This document shows positions 15,615-24,308 of a DNA stretch of 25,324 nucleotides, piece after piece (position 1 is the stretch's first letter; each line of letters opens with the position of its first letter). The position numbers and the translations under genes are program-made. Source of the stretch: a phage; NCBI GenBank assembly GCA_015694865.1, contig GCA_015694865.1_3933.1; one strand, 5' to 3'. The notes below the pieces were generated by a model. The model made no database searches, had not been told where the DNA came from, and saw only the letters and a list, made by a program, of their open reading frames with translations.

Positions 15615-17029
15615 TTACCAGATGTAACGGTCAATCATTACTGCTTTGAGCATTACACTGATTGGGTCAAACTTCTCACCACCAAGCAGAGCTTTTAAAG
15701 TAGCTGGAGAAAAACCAGATACCATTGCTACACCGTTATCCTTAACAGACACTTCGCAAGTACCATTACGGTTTGCTAAGTACCAGAATACCAGTTGAGG
15801 CATTTCGTATCCAGCTTTTTTGTACTTACTCTGAATTGCTTCAAAGTTTGTACGACCGTTAGCTCCATCAACCTGATTGAACTCCATATCGGAGAAGATG
15901 ATAAGCTTACTTGCATGTCTTTCTTAGTCAAGTTGTTTCTCTTACCTACCTCAAGAATCCGGTCAAAAGCTGCTTGTAAGTTAGTTGAGCCATATTCAAC
16001 ATGTCGCATCACCTGACGATGACGGTTTCGTAAATCACCACTCAGTTCGATGAAGTGAGGGTTTGTTGAATAAACCATTAACTCATCCTTAAAGCAACCT
16101 GTATTGCGTTCTGCTACATACAAGGCAAGGGATACACCAATATCAAGGGCAGTGATTGAACCAAGATTCACCCAAGACATTGAGCTTGAAACATCAGTCA
16201 TACACAAGATGTTTTCACCTTCTGCCATCCAGTTTGGTAGTGCTTTCCACTGCTCATTGGCAACATCTGCATTACCATGCTTGATAGACTTAATCACATC
16301 GTATGGGTAAACAGCACCAGCGTTAATCTTAGTCTCACCTTTTGATAAGGACTCAATGTAAGCTTTGTAACGTTCTCCATCCTTACGGTTAAACAGTTTT
16401 TGGTAACGTGCAGCAGCAAGTGAAGGAGTCTTACTGTAGTCAATCTTACCAAACTCATTAGCAGAGATTTTTTGCTCAACTGTATCAGATAGTGCAGACA
16501 ACAGTGTGCGGTACTCTTTCTCACTCAAGTTGGCAAACTTGCAGAAACGTTTTACAAACTGCTTATGACGTGGTTTGACTCGTGGTAACCACTTAGCCGC
16601 CAAACCTGCTGTTGCAGGTTCTAGTAATGCTGCTTCTAGATGTTTGAAGGCATCTGTCTCGAAACGAGTACCTACGAAGATTTTGAAGTCATCAAAACGA
16701 CCAAGTTCTGCAATCTTATCCATAATGCGAAGAACCTGCGTAGGCTCTAAAACTTTGTCTTCAATCGCTTGAAGTAAAACAGTTCTGAAGGCTTTACGCT
16801 CACCCATACCTTCTCGTACATCTCGCATATGAAGCAAAATACGAACTGCAACATCAACATCCTCACGCAAAGCTTTGTAGAACAGGTCTGGTAAGATTTC
16901 TACGTTGCTACGGCTTGAACCAGCAGCTTTGTAAAAGTCTACAAGAGCAGACATTGATGAAGTATGGTTTACAGCACCATTTTCAGTTCGACCTGCATGA
17001 AGGTGCGCATGTTTAAATAATTCGCTCAT
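15615..17029 (-). CDS. Ro60-like vWA-domain protein, interrupted by an apparent frameshift near 15885-15926
   Basis: Two overlapping minus-strand ORFs (15776..17029 and 15615..15887) in different frames; MIDAS-like TDVSSSM motif in the first; the second frame reads ...HASKLIIFSDMEFNQ..., typical of the end of a vWA fold. Ro60-like (DUF2828-type) assignment is from memory. Confidence 0.6.
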
Positions 17030-17110
17030 ATTTTACTCTCTTCTCTCATTTGTTTGTTGATGTGACAGACTTTAGAGCAACTTTGTAGAGTCTGTCAACA
17101 CCTTTTAAAA

Positions 17111-17482
17111 TTATTTTTTGAGAGTCGCTACAGCAGAGAACGTTGGTTTGTTATCTGTCTGAGACTGACCACCATTATCAGGGGTCTTCTTAGTGTCTGC
17201 TGCAATCGCTTTCATCTCACCTGCTGAGTGAGTCATGATGGTTTTACCAGCCTCCATCATCGACTTCAGGTTTACATCGTCAGTCGTCAAACCGAACTCT
17301 GCAAGCTTAGCAGCATCCCTTGTAACAACCGCCTCAAACAACTTTGCAGCAAACTCAGCAGAATTATCAATGGTCAGTTGAGCTTTTACAAGTGAGCTTT
17401 TGTTACGAGAGCCTTTTGGTCTTCCAGATGGGTTTCCAGACTGGCCTTTTTTAAACTGGCCTTTGTTTGTTCTGTTTTTCAT
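17111..17482 (-). CDS. small basic protein with GNPSGRPKG motif (candidate DNA-binding protein or small terminase-like protein)
   Basis: 123 aa ORF; N-terminal K/R-rich region with GNPSGRPKG; first gene of the minus-strand operon. Confidence 0.5.
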   Translation of the reverse strand: MKNRTNKGQFKKGQSGNPSGRPKGSRNKSSLVKAQLTIDNSAEFAAKLFEAVVTRDAAKLAEFGLTTDDVNLKSMMEAGKTIMTHSAGEMKAIAADTKKTPDNGGQSQTDNKPTFSAVATLKK

Positions 17483-17657
17483 TGGTATGCCTCTTATAAG
17501 ACCTCTTAAAAGGCTTTTAAGATAAAAGATAGATATCCAGAAAGATATCTGTTTAAATAGCCTTTTTAGAGGAACCTTTTAAGTTATCTTCTAAGTATTT
17601 AGAAGCCTACACCTTGTCAAGTACTTTGTCAACAACTTTTTTAACTTGCAATAGTTC

Positions 17658-17686
17658 TTGACTTGTTGTATGGATTACTGTACCAT
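17658..17686 (+). promoter_or_regulatory. candidate sigma70-like promoter for the rightward gene block (TTGACT-17 bp-TACCAT)
   Basis: TTGACT at 17658-17663, 17-nt spacer, TACCAT at 17681-17686, about 45 nt upstream of the first plus-strand ATG; weak -10. Confidence 0.3.
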
Positions 17687-17731
17687 CTTACTTAAAGCTG
17701 TAGGTCTGCCTTGTTATACAAAGGAGACTTA

Positions 17732-17893
17732 ATGAGAAAATCAAATAAACCGAAGAAAGGTAAGAATACCAATCACTGTAAGGAATCAAAAAGGGTAGAG
17801 TTAATCTACTATTCATCCTCTGAAATTGGTCTGTACCTGTTCTTTCAAAATTACAGAAGACAAGAGGATTATCTATGTGTAGTTCCCAATTAG
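17732..17893 (+). CDS. small lysine-rich hypothetical protein
   Basis: ORF 17711..17893 trimmed to the ATG at 17732, which has an AAGGAG RBS 5 nt upstream. Confidence 0.45.
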   Translation: MRKSNKPKKGKNTNHCKESKRVELIYYSSSEIGLYLFFQNYRRQEDYLCVVPN

Positions 17894-18108
17894 AAATCGC
17901 AGATATTATAGATTTATATCAAACTGCAAAGAGTCATGGCTATATAACCTCAATTGGAAAGAATAGTCACTATGATGCTTTGACTGGAATGTATTTCAGG
18001 GCAATGGCTCAATCTAGTGAACAACACTTAATGGTTTCTTCCAGTGAGTTTACTTCGTTTCTCTATTGCAGCAAAATTATAAACCGCAGGAGAACTGAAA
18101 AATGTTAA
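17875..18108 (+). CDS. hypothetical protein
   Basis: 77 aa ORF with AAGAGG RBS upstream; overlaps the previous ORF by 19 nt. Confidence 0.45.
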   Translation: MCSSQLEIADIIDLYQTAKSHGYITSIGKNSHYDALTGMYFRAMAQSSEQHLMVSSSEFTSFLYCSKIINRRRTEKC

Positions 18109-18692
18109 CAGTAAGTTTTAATTACAATAGTGATGGCTCTGTATCAATTAATTCACCATATGCAAATGACCTGCTTAAAGAGCTAGTTAATCAGTGTGAT
18201 AGAGGTCTTCACTATGTTCAAAATTCTTTTAAACAGAAGACTATTGCTAATAACTTGATGCGTGTAACAGTAACGGCATCGAATCAAAATTATGACTTTG
18301 ATAGTGAAAGTCCGTACTCATTAGTTGCGCTTGGAGAGAGCAGCCAATTCAAACTTGTTTGCCACGACTCAGAAACATTCCTTAAGGTATTTTCAAACCT
18401 TATCCATAATAATAAGTACAGCTACGTTGATGGTAGTGTAAACTTCTATCCAGCAAATTATACATGTTTGTTGGTTGATAACATGAGAAAGAGTAAGCAA
18501 GAGCCTACAGAAATTTCATTTGATGTGAACTCTAGTCCAGACGCAGAAACAAGTAAGAACTTTGATATGAGTTACGCATTGTCGCTCAGTAAGAAATCCG
18601 AGTTCATTGATTATGTCAATGGATTTGATTTTAAGTTTGATGAGAGTATGAATCTTAAAAAACTTAAAAACCTACTTAAGACCAAAGCTTAA
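18102..18692 (+). CDS. hypothetical protein
   Basis: 196 aa ORF; GGAG RBS; start overlaps the previous stop. Confidence 0.55.
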   Translation: MLTVSFNYNSDGSVSINSPYANDLLKELVNQCDRGLHYVQNSFKQKTIANNLMRVTVTASNQNYDFDSESPYSLVALGESSQFKLVCHDSETFLKVFSNLIHNNKYSYVDGSVNFYPANYTCLLVDNMRKSKQEPTEISFDVNSSPDAETSKNFDMSYALSLSKKSEFIDYVNGFDFKFDESMNLKKLKNLLKTKA

Positions 18693-18739
18693 GTGTGAAT
18701 AGGGGCATCAGTCCCTTTAACTATTTATAAGGATATTTA

Positions 18740-19111
18740 ATGAAAGCTAAGAGTGCAAAAGACTTTTATTGCTTACTACAATCCTATATCAATTCCGTGC
18801 AAAATGGTGAAAGGTACAACCTTAATGATGTTATCCCAACACCTTTGACATGGAGACTCAGTAAATGGCCTGAAGAAGATATTACACCAACAAGCAAACA
18901 ACACACCTACAAACCTGAAATCAATATTCCAGACTCTGAGAACCTATTATATCCAATGTTCCATATTGTTGGTCTTGGGAGATTCCTTATGGATATTCAG
19001 TATGTAATTGGTAAAGGTTATAAGGTTAAAGGCATTGTTGTTGGTGATGTATCTCCACACCACAAAGGTTATTTTAGACTAAACGCACATTTAGAGGCTA
19101 AAAAGAAATGA
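18740..19111 (+). CDS. hypothetical protein, paralog of the N-terminal region of 19108..19740
   Basis: 123 aa; AAGGA RBS; shares motifs with the next ORF (W.EEDI / WPEADI, YKP, DSE..LY / SDELLY, MDIQY / MDLQY). Confidence 0.55.
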   Translation: MKAKSAKDFYCLLQSYINSVQNGERYNLNDVIPTPLTWRLSKWPEEDITPTSKQHTYKPEINIPDSENLLYPMFHIVGLGRFLMDIQYVIGKGYKVKGIVVGDVSPHHKGYFRLNAHLEAKKK

Positions 19112-19740
19112 TTAAAGCAAAGACTTACCCAGACTTTAAAGAGTTTGTGAAGGGCTTCATTGCAAACGTAAAGGTTGGTAAGAGATATGATTTTAGAACA
19201 TATCAAGAGGCTATTTTACCACTTACCTATAGTTCATATTGGCCTGAAGCTGATATTGCAGAAGTTGAGAAGTTTGACTACAAACCAGACTACAAAGTTC
19301 CATTTAGTGATGAATTGCTTTACAGTGTTGGTGCACAGATGAGAACTGCTGATTTCTTCATGGATTTGCAGTATGCAATCATCAATGGTAAAGATGTTGA
19401 CACAATTTACTGTGAATGGTTGGCAAGAGTTAAGCCGTTCTCAATGTTGAATGCTAAGTTGAAAGATGTCATCACACCACCAACAATCACTCAGCAACCA
19501 ACCAATCAAACAGTAAATGAAGGGGGTACACTTACCCTAAGCGTTATTGCAACTAATGCCACTGGTTATCAATGGAAAAAGGATGGTGAGGACATCCCTA
19601 GTGCCAATTCTGCAACTTACACCAAAGAAGGTGCAACCGCTGCTGATGCAGGAAGCTACACCTGTGTAGTTACTGGTGCAGGTGGCTCTGTAACATCTAA
19701 TGCAGCAACAGTTACTGTTAACCCAGCAGGGGAGGCATAA
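19108..19740 (+). CDS. hypothetical protein with C-terminal Ig-like domain
   Basis: 210 aa; ATGA overlap with the previous gene; C-terminus ...TLTLSVIATNATGYQWKKDGEDIPSANSATYTKEGATAADAGSYTCVVTGAGGSVTSNAATVTV... has the Y-x-C pattern of Ig-like domains. Confidence 0.6.
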   Translation: MIKAKTYPDFKEFVKGFIANVKVGKRYDFRTYQEAILPLTYSSYWPEADIAEVEKFDYKPDYKVPFSDELLYSVGAQMRTADFFMDLQYAIINGKDVDTIYCEWLARVKPFSMLNAKLKDVITPPTITQQPTNQTVNEGGTLTLSVIATNATGYQWKKDGEDIPSANSATYTKEGATAADAGSYTCVVTGAGGSVTSNAATVTVNPAGEA

Positions 19741-20204
19741 TGCAACTCTCAAGAAAAGGTTTAGAAGCTATTAAGTTCTTTGAAGGTCTTAAGCTTGAGG
19801 CTTACGAAGATTCTGCTGGAATCCCCACAATTGGGTATGGGACAATTCGTATTGGTGGGAAGCCTGTTAAGATGGGTATGAAGATTACCGCTGAACAAGC
19901 TGAACAGTATCTTCTTGCAGATGTTGAAAAGTTCGTTGCAGCAGTGAACAAAGCCATCAAGGTTCCAACTTCTCAGAATGAGTTTGATGCACTTGTAAGT
20001 GAAACATACAACATTGGTATCACAGCTATGCAGGACTCTACATTTATCAAGCGCCACAATGCTGGTAATAAGGTCGGTTGTGCAGAAGCTATGCAGTGGT
20101 GGAACAAGGTTACAGTAAAAGGTAAGAAGGTCACTTCAAACGGCCTGAAAAACAGACGTAGAATGGAAGCTGACATTTATCTTGACAGTGTATATCCAAA
20201 GTAA
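19740..20204 (+). CDS. endolysin, GH24 (T4 lysozyme-like) family
   Basis: 154 aa; N-terminal FEGLKLEAYEDSAGIPTIGYG carries the Glu…Asp…Thr catalytic arrangement; GGGGAGG RBS; terminator immediately downstream. Confidence 0.85.
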   Translation: MQLSRKGLEAIKFFEGLKLEAYEDSAGIPTIGYGTIRIGGKPVKMGMKITAEQAEQYLLADVEKFVAAVNKAIKVPTSQNEFDALVSETYNIGITAMQDSTFIKRHNAGNKVGCAEAMQWWNKVTVKGKKVTSNGLKNRRRMEADIYLDSVYPK

Positions 20205-20213
20205 TATCTTCAT

Positions 20214-20240
20214 AGGCTCCTTCGGGAGCCTTTTTTATTT
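20214..20240 (+). terminator. rho-independent terminator after the endolysin gene
   Basis: AGGCTCC-ttcg-GGAGCCT hairpin followed by TTTTTTATTTT. Confidence 0.8.
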
Positions 20241-20255
20241 TCTAAGGAGAAAACT

Positions 20256-20654
20256 ATGAAACTTTGGGCTAGTGACTTTGGAACTTTTAAGTACACTCGT
20301 AATGGCTCGCTTGTACGCATTGTCGGAAACAATGTGGTTTCAAGAGGTGACAAGGTGTATACACGGTTTACTGTAGAGCTTGTTGAGCTGTCGCCTATTG
20401 AGTCTGTGAACAATGGTCTGTTCAAGTTTGAGACTTACAATGTCAATGAGCATGGACAATTTAACCCTCTTGGCGAAAGTGGACTTGATATTATTTCAGA
20501 ACACCCGTTGACAAAAGAGCAACTTGCAGGTTACTATAAAACTGTTCTGGAAAGGCAGTTAGCAACACATGAACAAGAAGCTAACTACCACCTACATCAT
20601 TGCGAAACTTTAAGAGCAAAAATCGAACAAGCAGAGAGAGGTTTTTATGAATAA
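20256..20654 (+). CDS. hypothetical protein
   Basis: 132 aa ORF; AAGGAG RBS. Confidence 0.55.
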   Translation: MKLWASDFGTFKYTRNGSLVRIVGNNVVSRGDKVYTRFTVELVELSPIESVNNGLFKFETYNVNEHGQFNPLGESGLDIISEHPLTKEQLAGYYKTVLERQLATHEQEANYHLHHCETLRAKIEQAERGFYE

Positions 20655-21045
20655 AGATGTTAGAGATATCCAAGTAAAAGTTGACACGTTTGGCCATGAT
20701 GGTCGAGAAGATATAGGTTTTGCCGATGCAGTAATATACAAGTGCAACGGAGATTTATTCCTTCAGTTTACAGGGTCTGGAAGCACACTTCATCGAGTAC
20801 GAGATGATGAAGATGGTTGTCCTGTATTTGGTTGGTTTGACAGGGAGTTCCCTCTTTACGCAATCCACTACCCAGATGGTGGTGAAGATTGGACAACCCA
20901 ATCAATCTTTGATGAGCTTAATGGTGTTCCAGTTGAGCAAGAAGAGCGAGAGCCTGTTGAACTTACCTTCACCTTTATCAAAGAAGAGAAAGTAGGTGAC
21001 TTGTCAGTAACTGAAGCAATTCAAGTTTCACAGGTGATTCGTTAA
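20647..21045 (+). CDS. hypothetical protein
   Basis: 132 aa ORF; overlaps the previous stop; GAGAGG RBS. Confidence 0.55.
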   Translation: MNKDVRDIQVKVDTFGHDGREDIGFADAVIYKCNGDLFLQFTGSGSTLHRVRDDEDGCPVFGWFDREFPLYAIHYPDGGEDWTTQSIFDELNGVPVEQEEREPVELTFTFIKEEKVGDLSVTEAIQVSQVIR

Positions 21046-21338
21046 TGAGTAAAGTACAGGTTATTTTCCCTATTTGTGACTTCTCACTAGAGCGTGAACT
21101 TGACCTGTACGAAGAAATTACTGACGAAATCATCTGGTCTGTTGTAGAAGAGGCTATCAAGAAACTGTATGGTGGCCTCTTAAATCCATCAAGTAAAAAG
21201 CTCACTACTAAGCAAGTAGCTGATACGTACACTTCATATGATGCCTACAACAAACCTTTTGAAAATACCTGCTTTGACCTTATGGTAGGTAATAACAAAG
21301 TCAACTATTTCTTCGTCAGAGAGTTTAACGATGAGTAA
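21045..21338 (+). CDS. hypothetical protein
   Basis: 97 aa ORF; TAATG stop/start overlap. Confidence 0.5.
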   Translation: MSKVQVIFPICDFSLERELDLYEEITDEIIWSVVEEAIKKLYGGLLNPSSKKLTTKQVADTYTSYDAYNKPFENTCFDLMVGNNKVNYFFVREFNDE

Positions 21339-21675
21339 GCTCCATGTCACAGTGTACAAAAACTTCTCAGATATCAAAGAGTCTTTAACAAATAAGCTTG
21401 ACTTACAACGTAAAAGACTCTTCTTAATGTACGATATAGACAACTACAACCATCCTAAAGAGTTTAACTACAAAGATGGTACAAAGGTTGTTGAGTTTGA
21501 AGATTCTGTGACGGTATATGTCAAGCATGACTTACCAGCAAAGTACATAGGGATGTTAGAGTACTATATATTCAAACACACAGGTATGCGTGGTGAATCT
21601 GTCAAGATATCTTCTATAGAAGTTTTTGAGAAACCTAACACACAACTTAAAAAGTATTTAATGAGGAAACTGTAA
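21331..21675 (+). CDS. hypothetical protein
   Basis: 114 aa ORF; overlaps the previous gene end. Confidence 0.5.
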   Translation: MSKLHVTVYKNFSDIKESLTNKLDLQRKRLFLMYDIDNYNHPKEFNYKDGTKVVEFEDSVTVYVKHDLPAKYIGMLEYYIFKHTGMRGESVKISSIEVFEKPNTQLKKYLMRKL

Positions 21676-22256
21676 TGTCCGAAGAGCAACAGAATATTAC
21701 TCCACAAGTAACACTGGTACAACATTTTGGAAATATTGAAGGGTGTATTGCACTTTTTCAACCAAGCATCAACTCTCCTGCAAAAGTTTGTAAGTTGACT
21801 ATGAATGTGAACAATATCAGTGTTTGCCTTGTTGATGAAGTCCAGTACTTCAAATTCAATGACAGAGAGGTTGATGCTGCACTATTGAAGTATCGAGCAA
21901 GCCTCGAAAAAGACATCGACCACAAAGAACTTGTAACACTGTTTGGTGACCTTCACAAGCTTCTTGAAAAGGTTATGAAGCGCACATACTACATGAACAA
22001 CGGTTCAATCATCACCACTTTGATTTCACCATGTATTTCAGAGCCAATTTTAACTGATGACGGTGGATACTACGTGGTAGCATCAGCAGATTCTGATTGG
22101 TGGATGAAGAACACAGCACTTAAAACAGTGATTGAGGCTATCCGCGAACATATCCCTTCATTCAGCCCGTGGAAAGGTAAAAGTGATGATTTCATTGCAC
22201 TATTGAGTGAAGAGAGTAACAAGCGCAGTGCATTGCTGCCTAAAAAATACTCTTGA
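21675..22256 (+). CDS. hypothetical protein
   Basis: 193 aa ORF; GAGGA RBS; start overlaps the previous stop. Confidence 0.55.
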   Translation: MSEEQQNITPQVTLVQHFGNIEGCIALFQPSINSPAKVCKLTMNVNNISVCLVDEVQYFKFNDREVDAALLKYRASLEKDIDHKELVTLFGDLHKLLEKVMKRTYYMNNGSIITTLISPCISEPILTDDGGYYVVASADSDWWMKNTALKTVIEAIREHIPSFSPWKGKSDDFIALLSEESNKRSALLPKKYS

Positions 22257-22281
22257 CCGAGTATACAACACTGATTATGAT

Positions 22282-22312
22282 GGGAGCTATCGAGAGGTAG
22301 TTCCCTTTTTAG
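22282..22312 (+). terminator. candidate rho-independent terminator
   Basis: GGGAGCTA-tcgagagg-TAGTTCCC stem (one G-U pair) followed by TTTTT. Confidence 0.5.
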
Positions 22313-22339
22313 TTTCTAGATAAGAGACATGGTAAAAGA

Positions 22340-22558
22340 ATGAAAAAACTAACTACAGTTGAAGACTACTACAAACTGTCCCTGTTAGAGCAGTATCGTA
22401 GGAGCCAGAATATCAGAAAATGCTATGGTAAACACGCTGAAGGTGACTTTTACCGTTGCTACGATGCAGATTTAAAAGGTGTAACACCTAGAGGGAAAGT
22501 CCTGCAAAGGCTTGTTGACCTTGAGTGGAACAAACGATTGAGAGGGTTTGGGAAATGA
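22340..22558 (+). CDS. hypothetical small protein
   Basis: 72 aa ORF; weak RBS; stop overlaps the next start. Confidence 0.45.
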   Translation: MKKLTTVEDYYKLSLLEQYRRSQNIRKCYGKHAEGDFYRCYDADLKGVTPRGKVLQRLVDLEWNKRLRGFGK

Positions 22559-23058
22559 TTTACGAAGAAAGATACAAAATAGATTACCAGAAGACTGGTC
22601 ATCATACTTCTCTTAGAGTAACCAAACCAAATGGGGATACCGGTATCATAGCACACTTTGGTGGTGACTATTGGTACGGTACAGGTTGCTTTGAAGGCTA
22701 CACTCAAGAATACTTGAAAGCTTTCTACAGAGACTTTACAAATGACTACAACAGGGTTGTTGAAGAGAAGAATAAGTGCATTAAGCATGAATATCATGCC
22801 AGAGGTTGTCTAAATATTGTTATGATACTAGTGTTCTTCTTAGCAACATTACTAGCTGTATCAGCAATCAGCTACATAGCTCAAGACTTGACCATTACAC
22901 AGATTACTGCAAAGTTGCATGATGTCTGGTACTTGTATGTTGTTCCTTTAGCTGGTATCATCATCTCACTAATGAGGTTCAGAGTTCATAAGAAACGACT
23001 TAAGAATTCTGAGGTTAAACTTGAAGAGGTAAGTAAAGAATGCAACCTACAATTATAG
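22555..23058 (+). CDS. hypothetical membrane protein (two predicted transmembrane helices)
   Basis: ORF 22525..23058 trimmed to the ATG at 22555 (GAGGG RBS, ATGA overlap with the previous gene); hydrophobic segments LNIVMILVFFLATLLAVSAISYI and WYLYVVPLAGIIISLM. Confidence 0.5.
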   Translation: MIYEERYKIDYQKTGHHTSLRVTKPNGDTGIIAHFGGDYWYGTGCFEGYTQEYLKAFYRDFTNDYNRVVEEKNKCIKHEYHARGCLNIVMILVFFLATLLAVSAISYIAQDLTITQITAKLHDVWYLYVVPLAGIIISLMRFRVHKKRLKNSEVKLEEVSKECNLQL

Positions 23059-23134
23059 CTGTATGTGTTCGTTTTGCAATCGCTGAAATGATTAACAAGG
23101 CAATCTTAAAAGATGCCTATGGAGAGACTAAGTA

Positions 23135-23359
23135 ATGATTAAGACACCTGTACCAATCTTTGGATTTCCTTCTATAGAAGAGTTCAAAGTTTATCTTGAC
23201 AAAAACTTCTACAACGAGCAGCCTGTTACTTTGCTGAAGAGTGACTTATCAGAGCTTCTTGATATGGTTATTAAGGCAACTTCTGAGAAGGAGCCTGAAC
23301 AGAAAGCTGAGAAGAAGACTAGTAAGAAATCTGATAAGAAGACTGAAAAGTCTGAGTAA
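23135..23359 (+). CDS. hypothetical small protein with lysine-rich C-terminus
   Basis: 74 aa ORF; GGAGAG RBS; C-terminal KAEKKTSKKSDKKTEKSE. Confidence 0.45.
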   Translation: MIKTPVPIFGFPSIEEFKVYLDKNFYNEQPVTLLKSDLSELLDMVIKATSEKEPEQKAEKKTSKKSDKKTEKSE

Positions 23360-23412
23360 TAGCTTAAGGGGTTACTTGATAGCCCCTTTGTAGAAACTTA
23401 GAAGGTAGCGAA

Positions 23413-23841
23413 ATGAAAGAACTTATAGGTAAAGAGCTTGACGTTGTAGATGCAAAGACACAGAGGTATATAGCTACTGTTAAGTTTCTTGGAATGAATG
23501 ATGCAAGTGATGATTACCCTCTCAACTGCATAGTTTTAGATAAGTTTAAGGTTTGTGGTATTAATTTTAATGAGGATAACTTTATAAGCTTTGATAAGGA
23601 CGGTTTCTGGCGTGGTAAGAACCACCCTCAAGCAAATGAGTTTGATATGCGTCTAGTGATACCACAAAAAGGTAAATCACAAAATGTAAAAGATATCCTT
23701 GTAGAAGCCTATGCAGAAGGTATAATAGCTGTTGTGCATGATGTTGAAAAAGCTTTAAAGCTTGTTATGCCACATTTAGAATCTGGAAAGCTGACTTTAG
23801 AGATGCTTAATAGGGTTATTCGGAGAGCTTATGAAAATTAA
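23413..23841 (+). CDS. hypothetical protein
   Basis: 142 aa ORF; GAAGG RBS. Confidence 0.55.
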   Translation: MKELIGKELDVVDAKTQRYIATVKFLGMNDASDDYPLNCIVLDKFKVCGINFNEDNFISFDKDGFWRGKNHPQANEFDMRLVIPQKGKSQNVKDILVEAYAEGIIAVVHDVEKALKLVMPHLESGKLTLEMLNRVIRRAYEN

Positions 23842-24295
23842 AGAAGTAGTGCAAAGAGCAATGCTTGACAACTCAACTAAAGATGAGATGTACAAAGAGA
23901 TTTGTGATAAGTTGAATTGCTCAAGACATGCTGCTAAGGTTCTTGTACATTGTTTTATCTGGGAATGCTCAGAAGTTTATATGAAACACGTAGCTTTTGA
24001 GAGTTCTCATTTACTCGGTGATGCAAAAATAGGTGTAGCACTAAAAGAGCCTGAGATGAAAACAGTACCTAAAGTTGGTAATGTGTATAAACTAAAAAAT
24101 TTTATTACAGGCGAGATTGTTGCAGAAGGTGAAGTGCAACAGGTTTATCATGATGGTAAATATCTGTTTAAGATATTCGAGTATGATAGTCGTTACAGAC
24201 ACTTATGTGGTATTACATTTTTAGTTTCAGAGGATGACCTCATCAAGAACAATAGTAATAAATTCGCAGTACCAGAATATCAAGTTTTACGATAA
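23831..24295 (+). CDS. hypothetical protein
   Basis: 154 aa ORF; GGAGAG RBS; overlaps the previous gene end. Confidence 0.55.
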   Translation: MKIKEVVQRAMLDNSTKDEMYKEICDKLNCSRHAAKVLVHCFIWECSEVYMKHVAFESSHLLGDAKIGVALKEPEMKTVPKVGNVYKLKNFITGEIVAEGEVQQVYHDGKYLFKIFEYDSRYRHLCGITFLVSEDDLIKNNSNKFAVPEYQVLR

Positions 24296-24308
24296 TGGTG
24301 TGATAGAT

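Noticed and set aside
15885-15926. Programmed ribosomal frameshift in the vWA gene
   Set aside because: No classical X-XXY-YYZ slippery heptamer or downstream structure at the frame junction; a mutation or sequencing error is more likely, though not excluded.
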